From Eutreptiella sp. 'Long Island Sound 2002' (Eukaryota > Protista > Euglenida): a DNA stretch of 64,000 nucleotides. The stretch covers positions 13,578,001 to 13,642,000 of the forward strand of contig OZ038379.1 in the NCBI GenBank assembly GCA_964036045.1, in the 5' to 3' direction. The translations under genes were made by a program, and so were the position numbers. This document shows, piece by piece, positions 1 through 10,200 of the stretch (positions are counted from its first letter, which is position 1; each line of letters opens with the position of its first letter). The notes under the pieces were generated by a model. The model was given only the letters and a program-made list of their open reading frames with translations. It did no database searches and was not told the DNA's origin.

Positions 1-867
1 AGCTCTGCACACCAACATTTTTTATGCTTTCATTTGTCACCGTGACAAGCTCTGCGCACCAACGTTTTTTATGCTGCGTTATTTCGTCTTCTGCCGCAAT
101 TTCTGTGCCCCACAGTGTGCGTGTACGGTGGTACTACGGTCGGTGGTGGGGGACCGTCACTTGGTGACCGTCCCCCAGGGGGTGGCGGGGGGCCGTCTTT
201 TCTGGGATGGGGAAGGACGGGGGGGGGGGGGGGGTACTAGAAACCCATCCTTTGTGATACTTTGGGCATCAGTGTTGTTTGACGGCAGGCTTTGATGCTG
301 CTTCCACATTGGGGATATGCCATTTTCACCCAGTTTCACCCATTTCCACCACTTTCACACATTTTGTGCTCATTTCCACCACATCCACTCCTTTCTAGGT
401 TTATTTCTCCCCGTCATGGGTACCCCAAGGAGGCAAGTGTTATGTAGCCATATTGACACATATTTTGTTGGTCCTTTCACTGCTCATGAAACAGGGATTC
501 TAACGAGAAGATGAAGAGTATGTGGCATGTTAGACATCTTACGTGCGATTTTGATGTTAGCTGTCTGACACAATTGTGTGATATTGTGTTAGTACACAAG
601 TTCAGCTACAAGGGATTCCGGCACACACAAGTTTCAGTGGAGTAAAGCCCATCACATTTGGAAGCAACATTTTTCAGTGAAAGAAAACAGAACAAAATTT
701 TCCGTGTCAGATTGCAATTTTTGCACCCCTCGGCTACTTTGTACCCCCAAGGCTCGGGTAGTTGGGGTCGCCTAATTTCAAGGGCGTTTGGAAGGGGTGT
801 GCCTGGGGGCTCTTGGGGGGAAATCTAGTCTAAAAGTAGCGCGGTGCGCACAGCACAAGGATTCCCC
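1..867. mobile_element. Right part of a short non-autonomous G-ended element (copy of 57443-58648)
   Basis: Ends in GCGCGGTGCGCACAGCACAAGGATTCCCC, matching the right ends at 54747 and 58648. Confidence 0.6.
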
Positions 868-1889
868 AAAAAAATCATGTCCAGGAGCTAGAGTGGGATA
901 CAATACACACCGTATTGTACAGTACGGTACCAATAAGTTTGTATGGATATCAAGAGACCCTTAATGGTCACTTACAAATGGGGACACATCCGGTGTCAGC
1001 TGCTCCATTTGTCATGCGTTTGCAGCTGAATTCAATAGGTGTCATCCAGACATGTCCCGAAAGTAGCAACATCAACCCAGAGACCACTAGGAAGTAATAG
1101 CGCCTATCCATGTTCGCAACATAACAGCTCCCATCCATTACAGTTTGTGTGGTGTTACCATTGGCAGGTGCTTTACAAAGTGCACATGGTGCAAATATTG
1201 CCCCACCTGTCAGATTGGGCGAAACACAAAGCAGCAATTGTCAAGAGGCCAGCCCTTTGAGCCCCTGTTAGCAGGGGAGCAGAAAAGATGCTCTATGGAC
1301 TGCCTGCCCCTTGAGCCCCCTGTCCGGGCGGGGGGGGGGGGGGGCTCCCGCAGCCCAGATGGGCTGTTTGCGCAACAGGAGCGGGAGCCCACCAGGGGCA
1401 GACCAGCCGTGAGGGGGAAAGGGACATATGGTGGACGGTCGGGACAACGCGTGGAGGAGCAGGGCACTTGGGCCTCACGCACACAGAACCACAGCGAGGC
1501 AGGTTATGGACAGCCTGTGGACAGAGGCGTGTGGACAGCAAAAACAGTCAAACGACCCCGGCAACAACTAGCATATCCTCAATACCCCGGGAATCCCTCA
1601 GGCATGGCTTACTCCCGGTAGCTTCCAACCCCCCTCCCGTGGCATCTGCTCCTGATGATATTCCTCAGGGAGGCAGCCCAGGTCACGTTCTGGTTCAACC
1701 CAAGTGAGTGATCGTGGCCGGCAACTGCAACCACCACCATGAACGAAGGCTGTGCCTTGGGCACATCCCCTTAGTCATGTTCCGGGCCTGCTTCCCAGGC
1801 CCATCCTATGTGCCACCCTCCATTGGCTGCCGCACTGTAGCTGGTGGCTGGGCATGGCCCTACTCGAGGCAACGGTGCAGTGTCTGTCG

Positions 1890-1930
1890 CTCCTCTGTTT
1901 CCCAGTGTCTATTTTTTCTTCGGCAGCAAG
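1890..1930 (+). promoter_or_regulatory. Pyrimidine tract plus AG just upstream of the importin ATG (possible cis- or trans-splice acceptor)
   Basis: CTCTGTTTCCCAGTGTCTATTTTTTCTTCGGCAG and CAAG lie 7-11 nt before ATG 1937. Function is inferred only. Confidence 0.3.
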
Positions 1931-1936
1931 GCCCCC

Positions 1937-2083
1937 ATGGATCCCCAAGCGCTGTACCGGACTCTTGAGGGGACGTTTAATATCGACAACAACGTCCGTC
2001 AACAAGCAGAAGCACAACTGAAGCAGGCGGAATCTCACCCCGGATATTTGGGGATCATTTTCCAAGCAGCTTGTGCTGACCAG
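1937..2083 (+). CDS. Importin-7/8 (Nmd5/Sxm1)-like karyopherin, exon 1 (start of importin-beta N-terminal domain)
   Basis: MDPQALYRTLEGTFNIDNNVRQQAEAQLKQAESHPGYLGIIFQAACADQ resembles the importin-7 N-terminus (MDP...R..AE.QL). Donor CAG|GTCCGC at 2084, phase 0. Confidence 0.85.
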
Positions 2084-4178
2084 GTCCGCAACGGCTCCCC
2101 TCTGCAGTGTTTCTTGGCTCTCCCCGATCGCCTTCCCCTACAGCTCTGCCCCTGCATGAACCCCGCCCCCCACCCACCTACCCATGACCCAGCCACCAGA
2201 CTTGCTGCTGGTGCTGTGGCGTGAGTGGGGAGAGCTGAGTGGAACTGAGTCAGACATTCAATGTGTGCGGACCCTACTGAGTGCTGGACAGGCCCCGGGC
2301 GAATCCTAGTGAGTACAGATTGCTGGTCTGGACACTGACAGCAAATGTGCTGCCCAACTCTTGCGCAAGCACGGCCTTGTCGAAGCGCGGCGAGCCGCTC
2401 CTGATCGTTGCTTTTTTGACCGCTAGTTTGCTGGTTGAGGGGAAAAGATGACACGGATGTGAGCCCATGGTAGTGGGGGAGGGGGGCGTCCTGTGCTTAG
2501 CCAAGGCTGCTATCCCATGATGACACGCGGGTGTTGTGCGGTACACAGGCCCAAACTGAACGTCGACCTGCCGCCGCCCTAATCCACTCCACCTTTGAGC
2601 AGAAGTGGGCCGCACTCCAAGGCATAGTGCCGCTGAGAGCAGCCACAACTCGTACATGCTAGGCATATCTGGTTCTTGTTGATGCCCCTCTGCATGTTTT
2701 TGTGTGGGGGATTAGTATTCCGGCCGCTCCCGGATCATAACTGCAGAAGATATGCACGCTGCTCCGCGTCATGCCTTTTGTGCTTGAGGTGCAGTTGCTT
2801 CGAAGTTTGAGCATCGTCTTTTTTCACGCAGCAATTGGTTTCCATGTTGATCAGGCGCTGCAAGGAATGCAAACGGAGCATAGCAGGTTTTCCATGCCGC
2901 GACCACCGACTACTGCCGCCGTCCGGGCCACCACGGCCGGTTGTGCGTGTCAGGGGACTGCGGGAGGCGGTTGTGGTGTGTGGGTGTATGTGGTGCATAG
3001 CAAGCGTAACGAAACTCCCTAGCACCAAACTGGGGGCTGGCGATCGTTTGCTGAAAGCAGCCCCCGGAGTTGTGCTGCGTTCTCTATTTCTTCATGAATC
3101 AATGGCTGGGATTGCCTGACGCGGGGGCATTCAGTCTTATCAGAATCAACCAGTTGTGCAGGTGCCTCAGTAGCATCAATGGTGCTCCGCTTTATGGTGC
3201 TTCGTTGGGGGTGTGGACTGCAACGGGACGGAGCAGCTGCCTTTCGAGAACCCCCCCCCCCCCCAACCACCACCACCACCCCACCCTTCCAGACCCCCAA
3301 ACCTGCACCCATGGGGCAGCAGATTTGTCGCCTGCACAGTGGCACCGTCACGGCTCGCTTCCTGCTTTGCGAGGTTCATGTACCCCCCGTGCAACGACCA
3401 CCTTGTCCAACGACCACCCGCTGGTCCAACAGTGAACCATTGCCGGTCGTTGCGTGAAGGGGGGGCGCGTATTGTGTCTGTCAGAATTTCCCGCTTTTGC
3501 CCCCTTCCTTACGGTGGGCGGGCAACGGTGCTTTGCCCCCACATCTGTTGAGTCAAAAACGCTCAGAATTCCAGTCTTCCAGAAAACACCCAGACCTCTT
3601 CACCTCCCCACCTCACGCCACGATCGCATACTGCGGACGGGTCCAGCGCGTGGACAGCACAACGCTCGTGCGCGACACCTTCACGTGGTGTATTGTACTC
3701 CAGGAACCGGTGACCAACGCATTGTCCTGCGATGTGATGTGCGCGGAGCCGTCCGACCGACGTGGAATGCACCCGAAGGACTGATGGCTGACAAGTGCGG
3801 GGGATATTCAGTCACTCAGCACCGACAACTGAGCAGGGCGCTCCTCTCTCACCCCGTCTTTTCTTTTTTCTTCTTTGTTTGCGCCAAGAAGCGCCCTAAG
3901 GAGCGGCCAAAACAACTGCTCAACCGGCGTCGGTTGCCATCCAGCCGCCTTCGGATACCCTGCAACTGCCGTCAGAGCTGCCGCCCAAGCGCCCGAAGAT
4001 GACTGGGCGTATGTTCAGCCACCCCCCCCCCCCCCCCGGCCGCCTTTTAGGGAATTAGGGAGGGCCCAGCCATTGAGCCCCCTCACGCCGCAAGTGTATG
4101 GCCCAGAACACCACTGAGACGCCCCCAATGCCCCCCCTCTTGCTTCCCCTGTACTTTGCTGGCCCATCGTCACCACAG

Positions 4179-4796
4179 GTCAATGCCGACATCCGTCTGG
4201 CTGCCGCCCTCCGCTTCAAGAACAGGCTGCGCAACGAGGACTGCGACGAGGACTGGAAGTCCCCGGTCCAAGAAGATGAGGAGGTGGTGGTGAAGAAGGC
4301 GTTGAGCGCCGTCATCAAGGCCCCTTCCGAAGTCAGGAGCGTGCTCGTGGAAGGGCTGCGGAGGATCTTGGAGTACGAATTCCTTTCCTGGGAAGGCCTG
4401 GTGACGGAAGTGATGCAAGGCCTGAACATGCACAAGATTACCGGGGCCCTGTCCGTACTTCGGGTGCTCTGCAAGCGATTCGAGTACAACAGTGCCGCCC
4501 CATTGTCACCCCAAAATTCCAATTCCAATTCCCTTCCACACCTGACGTCCAACGGCAGCCTACCGCCAATGCCCCCGGGCCCAGTGGCCCACCTGCCCGT
4601 GCCCCGCCCCCGGCGTGCCATCGACGTGCGGCTGGCTCCACCTCCTGCACCGCTGTCTGCGGCGAGAGGCCTTGTGCTGCCGCCCCCCGCACCGCCGGCT
4701 GCTGTGCCTGGCTCGGGCCTCCGAAGCAGCGCTATGCCGGACGGCCGATTGCCAGGTTTCGAGCCCATGCGGGTATGCGCCTCGGCTCTGTGCTGA
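4179..4796 (+). CDS. Importin-7/8-like exon 2. Homology ends near RFEY (~4490); the frame continues as a Pro-rich tail to TGA, or a donor at 4492 is used.
   Basis: Acceptor CACAG|GTC at 4178/4179 joins in frame to give ADQ|VNADIRLAAALRFKN...W...AP.EVRS.L.E.L..I...F..W.GL...GALSVLRVLCKRFEY, the importin-7/8 pattern. Confidence 0.8.
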   Translation, partial: VNADIRLAAALRFKNRLRNEDCDEDWKSPVQEDEEVVVKKALSAVIKAPSEVRSVLVEGLRRILEYEFLSWEGLVTEVMQGLNMHKITGALSVLRVLCKRFEYNSAAPLSPQNSNSNSLPHLTSNGSLPPMPPGPVAHLPVPRPRRAIDVRLAPPPAPLSAARGLVLPPPAPPAAVPGSGLRSSAMPDGRLPGFEPMRVCASALC

Positions 4797-4914
4797 CTGA
4801 CGATTGGGGGGCTGTGGCTGGGGTTAGTGCGTACGCTCGGTCTGGGGCTCTAGCACGGGCAGATGCTGGCTGGGGCTGGTGAGAGCCTCCATACGTGGCT
4901 AGATCTTCTGCTTT

Positions 4915-6919
4915 TCGGTACGTAATCTGCAGCGCCAGGCTGCTTGGGGTTTGGCTAATGACGGGCCGAGGGCGGGCAACAACGCCAACAGTGGAGTGCA
5001 CCCGAGGGGAGGGTGGCCCATGGCGATTGGAGGCTATTGGACAGTGGCAGGAGAGCGAACTGCCTTGATTCGGGGAATGACTGTGTCTTGGTGATCAACG
5101 GCGTCAGCAGGGATCCCATGGCAGTTGGAGGCTGACTGCTCTTGGTTGCAGTTTGTGCCTGGTGCGGTTTGATGGGACTGGGCAGCGGTTTGGATGGCGT
5201 TGTTGCATGGGTTCCGGACACCCATGATGCCCCCCCCCCCCCCCTGTTGCAGCAGCATTTCCTTGTCTAAGCACACCGATTTATCTCGCTGTTTTCTACC
5301 GCAGCTTCTGTATTGGCATGCCAGCTTTTTTTTACACAACTTGGCCTCATTCAGTTTTCTGTTCCAAATTGCTCTTGTACTCTTTGCGACTCCCTTTTTG
5401 GTGATCCTGAATGCACACGACATGGGTGCTGTAAAGCAGCAAGGCAACACGTGGTTATGGTACCATGCCTGCTCCCTGCATGTTTTTGTACTGTATGGTA
5501 CTGAATTGTACGTAAATGTGCACCACGTGCATGGCGCCCTGCATTGAATTGTACTGACACTGCACTATGTATGCCCTGCCCACTTCAAGCTCTCTGAACA
5601 GTGCACACTGTTCCCTGTGCGCATGTCATGTTTTCGGGATTTTGTGGGGGAGATATTAGGCCCCAATTCAGTGCTGTGATGGTGTAGCAGCACCATTTTG
5701 AGTATCCTGAATCCGTGGTGAATGTATTAGCGAAAAGTGATTTTAATCTGAAAAAAAACCCGGCCCACCTTTCGGTGCACTGTTGACACAGTGGCACCCT
5801 CGTAGACTATATTTTTGCTCAGTTTTTCGACATTTGCTCAACTGCTTTACACCCGATGCATTGCCTCTTGATCCATTGTGGCGGTGTGTAGTGATGGGAA
5901 GGCATGTCGCATGGGCATTGATTCACCAAGCAGCAGCAAGCATGTGCCAGATGCTAAAAAGGCAGAACTCAGCAGGGAGGAATGATGCATGACTTGGCTA
6001 CTTGACTACTTGACACGTGCAATGGAACCCCACAAACCTTGAGTAAACAAACTCAATGGCAGCCAAAAAGCGGTGCAGCCAGTTGAGGGTTGGAAAGCCT
6101 GTCAAAAGCAGTATTTCTGAAACTGTTTTGGGTCCAGAGACCACCAGGAAATATCAGCATCCATTTGGGGCCCAGTAGGACATATCAGCACCCATCCAGA
6201 GACCACCAGGAAATATCAGCCTCCATCCAGAGGCCTCCAAGAATAACAACATCACACTCCTCACTCCCAAATTTTCCCTTCGTTCCTAGGAGGAGGTCGT
6301 TTTGGGAATGTAGGGCACCTATGCTATGGTGGGTGCCATATGCATCAAAAGCAGCCAAATTGACCGTGTCAGGTCCATTTTCGGCCCACAACGGGACACA
6401 AACAGGCCAATGATGGTCATCACAGCCAAGAGACATAGCCTTGAACAGCCATCCTTTCAGCTATTCCAAGTGGTCTCCATTCACTTCGTGATGCGAATTG
6501 GCAACGCATTTTGCAACCCCCCATGCCCCTGATCTCAGCATGGGCCAGGGAGCCAGCTCACCTGGGTGACTCAATGCCCTTGGGGCAAGTTGTTGCCCGT
6601 GAGGTGAATCAAAGCTCCTAGTATGCGTCAACACCCCAGCGGTGAGTTAGTGTCCAGGTGTCATCTGTAATCTTGAGATCTCGGGTCTTTCACCTCTAGC
6701 AGACAGCACTGTGCTTGCATGATGCAAACACTGGGTCTCCCCCCCCTCTGGGCAGGCAGTCTGGGGCTTAGTGACGTGAACGGAGCAAAAAGGAAAACAG
6801 TGCACAAAGGATTGTATTCTCTGGCACCTTTCTCCCAATGCAGCCCCCTCGCGTGTATACTGACAGTCATGCGCACGTTGACGCCCACCTCACGCTTAGG
6901 TTTGCCCGCTTCGCCAGGA
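4915..6919 (+). repeat. Ectopic copy of the HIRA intron 16664-18645 with 3 nt of upstream and 20 nt of downstream exon
   Basis: Matches 16661-18665 at offset 11746, with one SNP seen (ctaatg/ctgatg). GT at 4918 and AG at 6898-6899 are retained. Confidence 0.95.
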
Positions 6920-7299
6920 ACGAGCGAGCAGTGCATCGAAAAGACCGCAATCGAGCGAGAGGAAAACGTTGCCGAAGTGTCCCGACAGGCGGAGCAGGGA
7001 AGAACAGGTGCGTTGCTGCGGCGAAGGGTGAGGTTGAGCCTCGGGTTTGCTGGGTACTACGGTACGGACCTCCAGTGCGGTACGTGGGGACAAGGTCCGG
7101 GGGCCCGCCACACTACAAGGAAGAGGCTCAAATGGGGGAGAGGCCCCGCCATGATGCTTAAGCCGGTTTCAGGTCCACAGGGAGACCAGCATCCCCCATC
7201 GCAGCCCCCTAAACAGGGGTGTCCCGGGGGGTGAGCCAGTAGGCACCATGGGGAAGGTCATGCGCGCCGGATTGAGCCGCGTCTCCTCCTCTTCCTCCT

Positions 7300-10200
7300 C
7301 GTACATTGGGACCCTCCCCTTGGGCACTGTACGTATCGTACATTGGGACCCCCCCCTTGGACACTGTCCATATTGTACAGCGGGACCCCCCCCTTGGGCA
7401 GGCACTGTACATATTGTACAGCGGGACGCCCCCCTTGGGCACTGTACATATGTTACATTGGGACCCTCCCCTTAGGCACTGTACATATCGTACATTGGGA
7501 CCCCCCCCCTTGGGCACTGTACATATCGTACATTGGGACCCCCCCCCTTGGGCACTGTAGATACCTTACATTGGGACCCCCCCCCCTTGGGCACTGTACA
7601 TATCTTACATTGGGACCCTCCCCTTAGGCACTGTACATATCGTACATTGGGACCCCCCCCCCTTGGGCACTGTAGATATCTTACATTGGGACCCCCCCCC
7701 CCCTTGGGCACTGTACATATCTTACATTGGGACCCCCCCCCCTTGGGCACTGTACATATCGTACATTGGGATCCTCCCCTTGGGCACTGTACATATCGTA
7801 CATTGGGACCCCCCCCCCTTGGGCAGTGTACATATTGTACATTGGCACCCTCCCCTTGGGCACTGTACATATTGTACGTTTGGACTCTCCCCTTGGGCAC
7901 TGTACATATGGTACATTGGGACCCCACCCCTTGGGCACTGTACATATCGTACATTGGGACCCCCCCCCCCTTGGGCAATGTACATATTGTACATTGGGAC
8001 CCTCCTCTTCGGCACTGTACATATCATACGTGGGGACTCTCCCCTTGGGCAATGTACATATGGTACATTGGGACCCCACCCCTTGGGCACTGTACATATC
8101 GTACATTGGGACCCCACCCCTTGGGCACTGTACATATCGTACATTGGGACCCCCCCCCCCCTTGGGCAATGTACATATTGTCCATTGGGACCCTCATCTT
8201 GGGCACTGTACATATCGCGCATTGGGACCCTCCCCTTGGGCACTGTACATATTGTACATTGGGACCGTCCACTTGGGCACCGTACATATCGTACATCGGG
8301 ACCCTCCCCCTTTGGCAGTGTACATATCGTACATTGGGACCCTCCTCTTAGGCACTGTACATATTGTACATTGGGACCCCCCCGCCTTGGGCGCTATACA
8401 TATGGTACATCGGGAGCCCCTCCTTGGGTATTGTACATATCGTACATTGGGACCCTCCCCTTGGGCACTGTATATATATCGCACATTGGGACCCCCCCCT
8501 TGGGCACCGTACATATCGTACATTCGGACCCCCCCCCCTTGGGCACTGTACATATCGTACATTGGGACCCCCCCCTTGGGCACCGTACACATCGTACATT
8601 CGGACCCCCCCCCTTTGGGCACTGTACATATCGTACATTGGGACCCCCCCCTTGGACACTGTACATATCGTACATTGGGACCCCCCCCCTTGGGCACTGT
8701 ACATATCGTACATTGGGACCCCCCCTTTCGTGCACTGTACATATCGTACATGCCCGCCCCCCCTTGGGCGCTGTACATATCGTACATTTGCACCCTCCCC
8801 TTCGGCACTGTACATATCTTACATTGGGACCCCCCCCTTGGGCACTGTACATGTCATACATTGGGACCCCCGCCCTTGGGCACTGTCCATATCGTACATT
8901 GGGACCCTCCCCTTGAGAATTGTACGTATTGTACATTGGGACCCCCCCTTTTGTGCGCTGTACATATTGTACATGCCCCCCTCCCCTTGGGCGCTGTACA
9001 TATCGTACATTGGGACCCTCCCCTTGGGCACTGTACATGTCATACATTGGGATCCCCCCTTGGGCACTGTACATATTGTACATTGGGACCCTTCCCCTTG
9101 GGCACTGTACATATCGTACATTGGGACCCCCCCCCTTGGGCACTGTAGATATTGTACATTGGGACCCTCCCCTTGGGCACTGTACATATGGTACATTAGG
9201 ACCCCCCTTTTTCGGCACTGTACATATGGTACATGCCCCTCTCCCTTGGGCGCTGTACATATCCTACATTGGGACCCTCCCTTTGCGCACTGTACATGTC
9301 ATACATCGGGACCGTCCCCTTGGGCACTGTACATATTGTACATTGGGACCCTCCCCTCAGGCACGGTACATATCGTACGTTGGGAACCCACCCCTTGGGC
9401 AGTGTACGCATTGTGCATCAGGAATCTCCCCCTTTGGCAGTGTACATGTCGTACGTAGGGAAACCCCCTCTTGGGCACTGTACATATCGTACATTGGGAC
9501 CCTCCCCTTGCGCGATGTACACATTGTACATTGGGACCCTCCCCCTTGGCTATTGTACGTATCGTACATTGGGACCCCCCCCTTGGGCACTGTACATATC
9601 GTACATTGGGACCCCCCCTTTTGGGCACTGTACATATTGTACATGCCCCGCCCCCGTTGGGCATTGTACATATCGTACATTGGGACCCTCCCCTTGGGCA
9701 CTGTACATATTGTACACCCGGACGCCACACCTTGGGCACTGTACATATCGTACATTGCCCCCCCCCCTTTTGCGCACTGTACACATCGTACATTGGCCCC
9801 CCCCCCTAATGGGCACTGTACATATTGTACATTGGGACCCTTGCCCTGTTGGGCACTGTACATATCGTACATTGGGACCCCCCCTTTTGGGCACTGTACA
9901 TATCGTACATTGGAACTCTCCCCTTGGGCACTGTACATATCGTACATTGGGACCCCCCCCCCTTGGGCACTGTACATATCGTACATTGGGACCCCCCCCC
10001 CTTGGGCACTGTACATATCGTACATTGGGACCCTTGCCCTGTTGGGCACTGTACATATCGTACATTGGGACCCCCCCTTCTGGGCATTGTACATATCGTA
10101 CATTGGAACTCTCCCCTTGGGCACTGTACTTATCGTACATTGGGACCCCCCCCTCTTGGGCACAGTACATATTGTACATTGGGACCCCCCCCCTTGGGCA

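Larger units (their letters stand above)
1..6229. repeat. Segmental/tandem duplication, copy A (matches 57783-64000)
   Basis: Visual alignment is near-identical end to end (offset 57782 at the start, 57770-57771 later). Differences seen: G/C-run lengths, a 13-bp indel near 1788, about 8 scattered SNPs and one dense cluster at 4272-4381. Confidence 0.97.

Noticed and set aside
4272-4381. Calling a bona fide diversity-generating retroelement as a feature
   Set aside because: No template repeat, accessory gene or intact group-II-like RT in the window. Kept only as one hypothesis in the findings.
7030-7120. WVLRYGPPVRYVG as a second GIY-YIG
   Set aside because: The downstream R/H/E residues are missing and the match is too short.
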